From an uncultured Alphaproteobacteria bacterium (GTDB taxonomy: Bacteria > Pseudomonadota > Alphaproteobacteria > Rs-D84): a stretch of DNA of 32,000 nucleotides. The position numbers and the translations under genes were made by a program. The stretch spans positions 150,001-182,000 of the forward strand of contig OZ007020.1 of the NCBI GenBank assembly GCA_963931495.1, written 5' to 3'. The notes beneath the pieces are model-generated. The model was given only the letters and a program-made list of their open reading frames with translations, made no database searches and was not told the DNA's origin. Positions 9,848 to 17,036 of the stretch are shown here, one piece after another; positions within the stretch are counted from its first letter, which is position 1, and every line of letters begins with the position of its first letter.

Positions 9848-10264
9848 TTATTTAACTGTTGTTGTGGCATTACGATTCCATTTCCAAACTTCTTCGCCAG
9901 TGCCCTGGACCAATGGACGTTCTTTGCCGTACGAGATTGTAGAAATACGCGCGGCATCAATACCATCGTTAACCAATACTTCTTTGGCCGCGTTTGCACG
10001 ACGTGCGCCCAGTGCCAAATTGTATTCTGTGGAACCACGTTCGTCGCAATTACCCGCGATTTGGATTTTAACGTCTTCGTGATTTTTCATGTACAGCGCC
10101 TGGCCCAACAGGTTATCGCGCGCTTCATCAGAAATTTCATAAGAATCAAACGCGAAATATACACGTTGATCGTTCAAATCAGCCGGTTCAACAATTGATG
10201 ATCCGCCGCATGCCGCCAACAAACCAGCAACACCAGCCAACATAGCAAAGTTTTTTATTTTCAT
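9848..10264 (-). CDS. pal: Peptidoglycan-associated lipoprotein (OmpA-family, Pal-like)
   Basis: Start moved to MKIKNFAMLAGVAGLLAACGG (lipobox LLAAC) with SD AAGGGAG. The OmpA-like C-domain has NCDERGSTEYNLALGARRA. The ORF-track start at 10363 adds 33 implausible residues. Confidence 0.9.
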   Translation of the reverse strand: MKIKNFAMLAGVAGLLAACGGSSIVEPADLNDQRVYFAFDSYEISDEARDNLLGQALYMKNHEDVKIQIAGNCDERGSTEYNLALGARRANAAKEVLVNDGIDAARISTISYGKERPLVQGTGEEVWKWNRNATTTVK

Positions 10265-10342
10265 GAAAATACTCCCTTGAGTTTCTGTTGCTCGTGTTCT
10301 AGTGTATAATAAAATGTTCAGAAAATCAAGGAATTTCAAAAA

Positions 10343-11113
10343 ATGTTGAAACACGATTTGCAAGATTTGGTAATGGCCGGGGTACGATGGGAATTGTCAG
10401 AAACACCGTTCGCAATGGAATGCGCCCCCCAGCCAAGCCATATGGGCGACAGCGAAACAGATTTGCCAAACGAACGGCGCACCCATACATCAATTGTTCC
10501 ACCAATCGCACCAACCCTGTCGGTATCCTGTGACACGGCGGTTGCGATGGCGGCGCGTCCCACGGATACAGATTCACTGAACCGCATGATATCAGAATTT
10601 AACCACCCACTGCGAAACGGGGCAACAAATACGGTACTGGGGCATATTGCACCAAATCCGAACGGGGTTGTTATCATTACAGACATCCCCAGTTCAGATG
10701 ATGATGCATCTGGGCATATATTATCGGGTGCGGCGGGTGAAATGCTGGATAAAATGTTGGTGGCAATTGGAATGTCGCGCGATAATGTTTCTATATTGCC
10801 GTTGGTATTCTGGCGCACGCCGGGTGGTCGTACGCCATCGCGGCACGAATTGGATTTAACACGACCATTTGTGAACCGGATGCTGGAACTGTTGAATCCC
10901 CATATAATAATTACACTGGGGGCGTTGCCGGCGTCTGAAATCGGCAATATCACATTACCACGTGGGCACGGGGTAATCACAGAACATACATCTGGGGCCA
11001 AGATAATGCCGATATATCATCCGAATTACCTGATGTTAAAACCAACGGCAAAGCGTGACGTTTGGAATGCACTGCAAACAGTGCAAAATATGTTGAAATG
11101 CGCGGATAAATAG
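10343..11113 (+). CDS. Uracil-DNA glycosylase superfamily protein (family-4-like fold, divergent motifs)
   Basis: The C-terminal 170 aa follow the UDG family-4 pattern (SGAAGEMLDKMLVAIGMSRDNV, RTPSRHELDLTRPF, HIIITLGALP, IYHPNYLM), but the GE(A/G)PG position reads TDIPS. Confidence 0.8.
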   Translation: MLKHDLQDLVMAGVRWELSETPFAMECAPQPSHMGDSETDLPNERRTHTSIVPPIAPTLSVSCDTAVAMAARPTDTDSLNRMISEFNHPLRNGATNTVLGHIAPNPNGVVIITDIPSSDDDASGHILSGAAGEMLDKMLVAIGMSRDNVSILPLVFWRTPGGRTPSRHELDLTRPFVNRMLELLNPHIIITLGALPASEIGNITLPRGHGVITEHTSGAKIMPIYHPNYLMLKPTAKRDVWNALQTVQNMLKCADK

Positions 11114-11149
11114 ATAATAATCACCACATACAGAACAAAGGAGTATACA

Positions 11150-11698
11150 ATTAAAACGCCTGTAAGTCGTGATAATCGCCGTGACGTTGGTCCACGCGTG
11201 AATAATCGTATTTTTGCAAAGAATGTCCAGGTAATCAGTTCGTCTGGGACAAATCTGGGGATTATGCCCACATCTGATGCGTTACAGATGGCATATGATG
11301 ATGGATTGGATTTGGTTGAAATCAGTTCTAATGGTGCGGTGCCAATCGTAAAAATAATGGATTTTGGTAAATACAAGTATGAACAAAAAAAACGCGCCGC
11401 CGAAGCACGCAAAAATCAAAAAGTTGTTGGTGTCAAAGAAGTATGGGTTAAACCATTCATAGAAGACAATGACTTGAACATAAAAATGAAGAAAGTGTTT
11501 GAATTTTTGGACGAAGGGAACAAAGTAAAAGTTGCTGTTATGACCCGTGGTTCCAAGAAAGTTCTGGCACGCGGCAAAGATGCAGTGCCGGAATTATTCG
11601 CACGTATTATGGAAATTGTTGGCGATCGCGGAACATTGGAATCCAAGTCAAAACCCGATGAACGAACAAAATCAATCTTGATTGCACCAACAAAGTGA
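11150..11698 (+). CDS. infC: Translation initiation factor IF-3, with ATT start codon
   Basis: The ORF-track version starts at GTG 11198. The frame is open back to the UDG stop, and ATT at 11150 sits 6 nt after AAGGAG (11138..11143). The added residues (IKTPVSRDNRRDVGPRVNNRI) match the usual IF-3 N-terminus. Confidence 0.88.
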   Translation: MKTPVSRDNRRDVGPRVNNRIFAKNVQVISSSGTNLGIMPTSDALQMAYDDGLDLVEISSNGAVPIVKIMDFGKYKYEQKKRAAEARKNQKVVGVKEVWVKPFIEDNDLNIKMKKVFEFLDEGNKVKVAVMTRGSKKVLARGKDAVPELFARIMEIVGDRGTLESKSKPDERTKSILIAPTK

Positions 11699-11726
11699 AA
11701 CATCCCGCATTTGCGGGATGTTTTTT
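11698..11726 (+). terminator. Hairpin terminator after infC
   Basis: CATCCCGCA-tt-TGCGGGATG followed by T6. Confidence 0.85.
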
Positions 11727-11745
11727 ACCCCACACACAATCGTGG

Positions 11746-11774
11746 TTGACAGAAATAACCAAGAAATATAGAAT
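11746..11774 (+). promoter_or_regulatory. Sigma70-like promoter (TTGACA-17-TAGAAT)
   Basis: Perfect -35 TTGACA (11746..11751), 17-nt spacer, -10 TAGAAT (11769..11774); about 100 nt upstream of the Cys-rich ORF. Confidence 0.45.
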
Positions 11775-11873
11775 AAAAGCAATAAGAGTTGCGCTGAATC
11801 TAAACCACGTTTATAATGGCGGTTTTTATTTTTGTAAAAATCCCAGATTTCTGCATTTTTTGTCTCCCACTTT

Positions 11874-12317
11874 TTGCCGAATCTAAACGGTGGTTTGTTT
11901 TCAGCAATGATCTTATTTCCATTTTGCGCCAATGCAATTCCGGTGACGCCGGTGGGGTGTATGTGCTCGTCATTTGATACACCCGTTAACAACGGTGTCG
12001 GACCTGTCGGATCATGCGCAAAAACATCGTATGTGTGTGACAACGGGTTAAAATACACATCGTGCGACACATGTAATTCGGGTTACAGACGCGTATCACA
12101 TCAAATCGGAAATTCCACTTGTGTATATTATGAATGCAAAGCAGTTTGTGGTGCCGGTAACTACTATAACAACGGGTGTTATTCTTGCCCCCGTCCCGGA
12201 ACCAGCGAAGACGGCAGTGGCGGAATAACATCATGTTATATTCCCGCCAATCAATTAACCAGCAGTGACAGCACCGGCAGTTGGACATGCACATCCGCCG
12301 CGTATTACCAGGAATGA
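11874..12317 (+). CDS. Small cysteine-rich, probably secreted protein (147 aa)
   Basis: 14 Cys in 147 aa, with repeated C-x2-C spacings (SCDTCNSGY, GCYSCPRPGT). The hydrophobic N-terminus ends ANA. The start is uncertain (TTG, no clear SD), and minus-strand ORFs overlap the region. Confidence 0.45.
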   Translation: MPNLNGGLFSAMILFPFCANAIPVTPVGCMCSSFDTPVNNGVGPVGSCAKTSYVCDNGLKYTSCDTCNSGYRRVSHQIGNSTCVYYECKAVCGAGNYYNNGCYSCPRPGTSEDGSGGITSCYIPANQLTSSDSTGSWTCTSAAYYQE

Positions 12318-12342
12318 CGTGTTTTTACTGTTTCCACACCCC

Positions 12343-12363
12343 GGTGCCAAAACGCTTGGCACC
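12343..12363 (+). terminator. Hairpin 26 nt after the Cys-rich ORF stop (no T-run)
   Basis: GGTGCCAA-aacgc-TTGGCACC perfect 8-bp stem. Confidence 0.35.
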
Positions 12364-12436
12364 ATTGGGATTACACAAGACACAAAATAGAATATCTATC
12401 AAAATATTACGCAGCGAATGCAAATTATAAAAAAGT

Positions 12437-12464
12437 TTGCATCCGCATAAATATTCTTTATAAT
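12437..12464 (+). promoter_or_regulatory. Sigma70-like promoter for pnp
   Basis: TTGCAT (12437..12442), 16-nt spacer, TATAAT (12459..12464). The leader contains the hairpin TTGCATT-10nt-AATGCAA (12495..12518). Confidence 0.5.
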
Positions 12465-12578
12465 CACACAGTGCGAAGGATAAATTGTTCTTTCTTGCAT
12501 TTTCAGCCCAGAATGCAAAAACGAATGATTTTTCTTCGCAGTTATAAAGTACACATAAATAAAACTATGGAGAAAAAT

Positions 12579-14747
12579 ATGTTATTTGGTTTATTTAATA
12601 AAGATGAAAAATCGCATCTGAATAATCCTGTGGCGGTTGAAATTCCGTACGGTGATGAAACGTTGCGTCTGGAAACAGGGCGTATGGCCAAACAGGCAAA
12701 TGGCGCCGTATTGGCCACAATGGGCGGAACAATGGTTCTGGCCACTGTATGCGCAGAAAAATCAGCCGTAGAAGGGCAAGACTTTTTCCCGTTAACCGTT
12801 GATTACCAAGAAAAATTTGCATCGGCTGGGCGTATCCCAGGATCGCGTGACAGACGTGAAGGCAAGGCATCAACCGCCGAAACATTAACCGCGCGCTTGA
12901 TTGACCGCCCAATTCGTCCGCTGTTCCCGGAAACATTCAAAAACAAGGTTCAAATAATTGCCCAAGTGTTTTCGTACGATAAAAAGAATCAACCAGATAT
13001 CTTGGCAATGATTGCGTCATCGGCGGCGTTGGCATTATCTGGGGTTCCGTTCGCCGGCCCGATTGGTGCCGCACGCGTCGGATATGCGGATGGCAAATAT
13101 ATTCTGAATCCGTCCAAAAAAGTGACCGAAGATTCAGAAATGGATTTGGTTGTCGCCGCCACAAAAGATGGTGTTTTAATGGTTGAATCGGAAATTGGCG
13201 AACTGGACGAAGCAACCGTTCTGGGTGCAGTAAAATTCGGATTTGATGCACAACAAGACGTTATCCGCGCAATTAATGAATTAACTGAAAAAGCCGGTAA
13301 AGAACGCTGGGAAACACCGGCATTGTCAGATGAATATATCGCAATGCAACAAGACTTTGAATCTTTTGCTGGCGAAATTGAATCTGCATTGCAAATCAAA
13401 GAAAAACTGTTGCGGTTGGAAACATTGGGCAATATTCATGTGGCGGCCAAGGCGCGTATTCCTGAATTATTCCCAGAAACAACAACGGCGACATCAACAC
13501 TGGAATCATGGGCCGATGAAATTGTTGAAAATCTGACGGCACGTATTATGCGTGGCAATATTTTGGCCGGCAAGCCACGTATTGACGGACGTGATAACAA
13601 AACCGTTCGCCCGATTGAAATTGAATTGGGTGTATTACCGCGTGCACACGGTTCTGCGTTGTTTACCCGCGGCGAAACCCAGGCATTGGTATCATTGACA
13701 TTGGGCAGTGGCCAAGATGCGTTGCCAATTGAAAGTCTGGATGGCGAAGAAGAACGCGACTTTATCCTGAACTATAATTTCCCGGGATATTCTGTTGGCG
13801 AATGCAAGGGATTAAAGGCCCCAGGTCGTCGTGAAATCGGACATGGTAACTTGGCATGGCGTGCATTGCATCCAATGGTGCCATCACGCAGTGAGTTTGA
13901 CTATGTAATTCGCGTCGTGTCTGATATTTTGGAATCAAATGGTTCGTCATCAATGGCAACAACATGTGGCGCAACATTGGCCATGATGGATGGGGGTGTA
14001 CCACTGACCCGGCCGGTTGCCGGTATTGCCATGGGATTAATCAAAGAAGGTGACGATTATGCCATCTTGACAGATATCTTGGGTGACGAAGATCACTTGG
14101 GCGATATGGACTTTAAGGTTACCGGTACGTCCCAGGGGGTCACCGCGTTACAGATGGATATCAAAATTACATCTATCACATTTGAAATCATGGAAAAGGC
14201 GTTGGCCCAGGCAAAAGACGGTCGTATGCATATCTTGGGCAAAATTGAAAAAGCGATCAAGGCCCCGCGCAAGCATGTGTCTGAATACGCACCACAAATG
14301 TATACGATGAAAATCAATCCAGACAAGGTTCGTGATGTCATCGGCAAGGGTGGTTCTGTTATCCAGGCATTGACACGCGAAACAAATACTCAAATTGATT
14401 TGGCCGATGATGGCACGGTTAAAATCATGGCCACATCCAAAGATGACGCCGATGCCGCAATGGCACGTATCAAAGATATCGTTGCCGAACCAGAAGTTGG
14501 CGTAATATATCCGGGTGTTGTGTCGGGCATCAAAGATTTTGGGTTGTTTGTCAAAATCTTGAACGGTTTTGAATCTATGGTTCATATTTCTGAAATCACA
14601 GGTGACAGAATCGCAAAAATAGAAGACACAAAAATCAAAGAAGGCGATAAAGTATTTGTAAAATATCTGGGCGCAGACAAGCGTGGTAAAACACGTATGT
14701 CAATGGTCGGCATTGACCAAAAAACTGGCGCAGAAATTAAAAAATAA
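12579..14747 (+). CDS. pnp: Polyribonucleotide nucleotidyltransferase (PNPase)
   Basis: Two RNase PH domains (NGSSSMATTCG), then KH and S1 domains. ATG at 12579 has GGAG 6 nt upstream; ATG 12567 is an alternative. The ORF-track start at 12471 adds an implausible leader. Confidence 0.95.
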   Translation: MLFGLFNKDEKSHLNNPVAVEIPYGDETLRLETGRMAKQANGAVLATMGGTMVLATVCAEKSAVEGQDFFPLTVDYQEKFASAGRIPGSRDRREGKASTAETLTARLIDRPIRPLFPETFKNKVQIIAQVFSYDKKNQPDILAMIASSAALALSGVPFAGPIGAARVGYADGKYILNPSKKVTEDSEMDLVVAATKDGVLMVESEIGELDEATVLGAVKFGFDAQQDVIRAINELTEKAGKERWETPALSDEYIAMQQDFESFAGEIESALQIKEKLLRLETLGNIHVAAKARIPELFPETTTATSTLESWADEIVENLTARIMRGNILAGKPRIDGRDNKTVRPIEIELGVLPRAHGSALFTRGETQALVSLTLGSGQDALPIESLDGEEERDFILNYNFPGYSVGECKGLKAPGRREIGHGNLAWRALHPMVPSRSEFDYVIRVVSDILESNGSSSMATTCGATLAMMDGGVPLTRPVAGIAMGLIKEGDDYAILTDILGDEDHLGDMDFKVTGTSQGVTALQMDIKITSITFEIMEKALAQAKDGRMHILGKIEKAIKAPRKHVSEYAPQMYTMKINPDKVRDVIGKGGSVIQALTRETNTQIDLADDGTVKIMATSKDDADAAMARIKDIVAEPEVGVIYPGVVSGIKDFGLFVKILNGFESMVHISEITGDRIAKIEDTKIKEGDKVFVKYLGADKRGKTRMSMVGIDQKTGAEIKK

Positions 14748-14762
14748 TCGCCAAATCATGAA

Positions 14763-14795
14763 AATAACTGCGTCCATGGGCTGGGCGCAGTTATT
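14763..14795 (+). terminator. Hairpin after pnp (10-bp stem, no T-run)
   Basis: AATAACTGCG-13nt-CGCAGTTATT perfect inverted repeat, 16 nt after the pnp stop. Confidence 0.4.
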
Positions 14796-14818
14796 ACAAA
14801 AATACAGGAATCTTAGGC

Positions 14819-15118
14819 ATGGATATGGAATCATTAATGGCCCAGGCCAGTGCGTTGCAAGACAAAGTGGCCACCGCACAAAATAAATTGGCCGCAATGC
14901 ATGTCAAAGGCATTGCCGATGGTGGTGCGTGTGTTATTGATATGACTGGGAAATACGATCTGGTGAACATTGTATTGCGTGACGATGTCTTGTCCCGCGG
15001 GGCCGATGCCGTGGCACAAATTGTCGCGGCGGCATATAACGACGCCAAGGCCAAGGCAGATGCATTAATTGACCGGGTTATGGGCGAAGCAACCGCCGGG
15101 ATACCGTTGCCAGAATAA
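14819..15118 (+). CDS. ybaB: Nucleoid-associated protein YbaB/EbfC family
   Basis: 99-aa ORF; MAQASALQDKVATAQNKLAAMHVKGIADGGACVIDMTGKYDLVNIVL fits the YbaB/EbfC family pattern. Confidence 0.9.
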   Translation: MDMESLMAQASALQDKVATAQNKLAAMHVKGIADGGACVIDMTGKYDLVNIVLRDDVLSRGADAVAQIVAAAYNDAKAKADALIDRVMGEATAGIPLPE

Positions 15119-15124
15119 AAAAAC

Positions 15125-15153
15125 TGGACAATGTAAAAAAAACAGGGTATAGT
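15125..15153 (+). promoter_or_regulatory. Candidate promoter for tRNA-Val(UAC)
   Basis: TGGACA-17-TATAGT, ending 15 nt before the tRNA 5' end. Confidence 0.4.
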
Positions 15154-15167
15154 TTGTCCGCTGTTTT

Positions 15168-15244
15168 GGATGTTTAGCTCAGTTGATTAGAGCATCTCGT
15201 TTACACCGAGAGGGTCGGGGGTTTGAGTCCCTCAACATCCACCA
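15168..15244 (+). tRNA. tRNA-Val (anticodon UAC), CCA encoded
   Basis: Hand-folded cloverleaf: acceptor GGATGTT/AACATCC, D arm GCTC/GAGC, anticodon stem TCTCG/CGAGA with loop TTTACAC, T arm GGGGG-TTTGAGT-CCCTC, 3' ACCA. Confidence 0.93.
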
Positions 15245-15252
15245 CAAAATAC

Positions 15253-15278
15253 AATCGCCCAACGGGCGATTTTATTTT
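15253..15278 (+). terminator. Hairpin terminator after tRNA-Val
   Basis: AATCGCCC-aac-GGGCGATT followed by TTATTTT. Confidence 0.8.
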
Positions 15279-15560
15279 ATGCATGGGGATGCGGAACGCC
15301 ACCCGTCGGGGTGTTTGACAATGAGTCAGCGAATGTTTTAATAAAACGCGGGTGCGGTACGCGCAAGCGTACGCGAACGAATGCCCCACAGCCGGCGCAT
15401 CAACGCCGTACGAGAGGGTCCCAGGCATCCGCCACAAAATTTCGTTGGCGAATGCGGCGAATATAAGAAAATTTGGTGCCACACAAAGCCTTGCGCAAAG
15501 TGCGTTTTTTAATTTACCGCCGTTTCCATACGCCCGCGCACATTCGTTCCTGTCATAATA
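15279..15560. other. GC-rich noncoding islet (candidate structured RNA or integration scar)
   Basis: No credible ORF. Hand counts give about 55-63 % G+C per 60-nt row over 15281..15460, against AT-richer flanks. Hairpins: CACCC-gtcg-GGGTG (15300..15313) and GTACGC-GCAA-GCGTAC (15357..15372). A weak hairpin plus T6 ends at 15510. Confidence 0.5.
15411..15440 (+). repeat. Decayed direct copy of the tRNA-Val(UAC) 3' half
   Basis: CGAGAGGGTC (15411..15420) equals 15207..15216 (10/10). CATCCGCCACAAAAT (15426..15440) matches 15236..15250 at 14/15, including 6 nt beyond CCA. The T-arm is deleted. Confidence 0.55.
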
Positions 15561-16241
15561 TTAAAAACTGTACCGCACACCCAACAGAACTTCGTGGGAT
15601 GATAACACACTGTGGATGTGATTCTCGTTTGGTGTCGTTTCCCCATCATAATCATTTTTAGAATCTGCAAGATTGCTATAACGATAACCAATATCCAACG
15701 TCCAGTTTTTCAACAATTTATAAGCAATTCCGACTTGTAAATTGTAAATAAAACTATTTGTGCCATAAGTCCTGTTGCGTCCGAATGAACCAAGTGATGA
15801 ATAATCATATTCAGTCTTGTTCCGGGCAAGTCCAATACCAATACCAACAAACGGGATTATTTTATCAGTGGCATAATAATCATAGTAATAATTAGTTTGT
15901 ATTGTATGGGTACTGACTTTTTGATATTCGGACAAATATACAGTTGAACCGAATCCGTACTCAATTTCCGCGCGAATTGCACCGTGGACGGATTCAATTG
16001 GAAAACCGAGGCCAACAAATACCTTGTTGCGTATGCCGTTGTCGCTTTCTGATGTTGTTTCGTCATACCATTCATACGATGGGGTTGGTAACAGTGGTGC
16101 GTCTAAATCCAACCGCCACCCAGCGGCAGATACGATTTGTTGTGTATATGTATACGAAATCTTGTCCCCGACATAAAAATCCATTGCATTGGCCGCCGAT
16201 GTTGCCGCGACAACACAAAGCGTAAATATGATCTTTTTCAT
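15561..16241 (-). CDS. Outer-membrane beta-barrel protein (Omp25/Opa-like porin family)
   Basis: Start set at MKKIIFTLCVVAATSAANA (signal peptide) with SD AAAGGA. The sequence has alternating aromatic/hydrophilic strands and a C-terminal VRYSF ending in Phe. Confidence 0.85.
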   Translation of the reverse strand: MKKIIFTLCVVAATSAANAMDFYVGDKISYTYTQQIVSAAGWRLDLDAPLLPTPSYEWYDETTSESDNGIRNKVFVGLGFPIESVHGAIRAEIEYGFGSTVYLSEYQKVSTHTIQTNYYYDYYATDKIIPFVGIGIGLARNKTEYDYSSLGSFGRNRTYGTNSFIYNLQVGIAYKLLKNWTLDIGYRYSNLADSKNDYDGETTPNENHIHSVLSSHEVLLGVRYSF

Positions 16242-16243
16242 TT

Positions 16244-16564
16244 TTAATCCTTTGTGTTTGGTTGATATGGAAAATTGTTTGCAATATATTCTTTCAATCG
16301 TTCTTTTAATAACCAAATTGCATTGTAATTATTATAATTACTCTCAAATTTGCGAAAATTTTCATCTATATCGGATAAAAACTTTTGGTCTTGAATATCT
16401 GCTTCAGATAATAATTCTCGCAATGCTCGTAATACAACCTGGCCAGATGTGATAATTTGAGTAAGTTTCAATCTTTCAGAACCAGCCATAAATTGTAATT
16501 GTGATTGTGCGTGATTAATTTCGTTCGTTACATCAATCATAAAGGTTGGAGATTGTTTCGCCAT
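16244..16564 (-). CDS. Hypothetical helical protein (106 aa)
   Basis: ORF ends 2 nt before the OMP start codon (operon-like). No SD is visible and no family is recognised. Confidence 0.45.
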   Translation of the reverse strand: MAKQSPTFMIDVTNEINHAQSQLQFMAGSERLKLTQIITSGQVVLRALRELLSEADIQDQKFLSDIDENFRKFESNYNNYNAIWLLKERLKEYIANNFPYQPNTKD

Positions 16565-16849
16565 CTCGGGCGTGTAATGACTGGGTTAGAAGCCCAACAC
16601 AGGTGTTACCTACGCACGCCTATGTTAAAACATAGAATGAAAAAATACCAGTATAAATTGGGGGCGGGGCACGTCCCAAAAGGGAACAGGTCAAACAGGC
16701 CGGTATTTCAAATGTTTCAGCATCTGGTATGCGGAAATTACATCATATATGTATATTTTTTGCTTTTATTTATTAATTTTATCATTTATGATTACCGTTG
16801 AATTCACAGGGATGTGAGTTCGGGTCGTTCAAAACCCATAACACGCGGT

Positions 16850-16896
16850 GCGAATTGCATCGTAATCCATATATCAGATGCATTCGCATCATTTTT
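16850..16896 (+). terminator. Orphan plus-strand terminator-like hairpin
   Basis: GCGAATTGCATC-15nt-GATGCATTCGC (one bulge) followed by ATCATTTTT; there is no plus-strand gene upstream. Confidence 0.4.
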
Positions 16897-16986
16897 GCCC
16901 GATATATAGTCGGGCGTCTGGTGTTATATAACAAGATTTTTCTGAAAGCACCGGGATCATTCGTGTTATGATTTTGAAAACGCCCG

Positions 16987-17013
16987 ACCGCCGTTTCCTG
17001 TGGCGGTTTTATT
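16987..17013 (+). terminator. Terminator-like hairpin 25 nt upstream of the glycosyltransferase start
   Basis: ACCGCCG-tttcctg-TGGCGGT followed by TTTTATTATT. Confidence 0.5.
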
Positions 17014-17036
17014 ATTGAACATTGGGGCAAAAAAAA

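Noticed and set aside
10336-11001. 221-aa minus-strand ORF opposite the UDG-family gene
   Set aside because: The plus frame carries recognisable UDG-family motifs. The minus translation has none and no SD, so it is a shadow ORF.
11672-12294. Minus-strand ORFs 11672..12070 (132 aa) and 11986..12294 (102 aa)
   Set aside because: The first overlaps the infC 3' end and its terminator and has no SD. The second is His/Cys/Arg-rich shadow sequence. The plus-strand Cys-rich ORF has a promoter, a downstream hairpin and a patterned Cys spacing, so it was preferred, though only at moderate confidence.
15279-15560. tmRNA (including the two-piece alphaproteobacterial form), SRP/4.5S RNA, RNase P RNA or 6S RNA as the identity of the GC-rich islet
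   Set aside because: I could not find a T-arm plus CCA end, a tag-peptide reading frame, the GGAA-capped SRP helix-8 motif (GGAAGCAGC) or the RNase P GAGGAAAGTCC box on either strand. Identity is left open pending a covariance-model scan.
16575-16625. tRNA-like T-arm (TGGGTTAGAAGCCCA) in the long noncoding region
   Set aside because: No matching acceptor strand, D arm or CCA could be found around it, so it is probably a chance hairpin.
16800-16860. c-di-GMP-I (GEMM) riboswitch upstream of the glycosyltransferase, suggested by CACAGGG and a GGGTCGTTCAAAACCC segment
   Set aside because: The resemblance is limited to short strings. I could not build the two GNRA/receptor hairpins of GEMM-I by hand, so it is not claimed.
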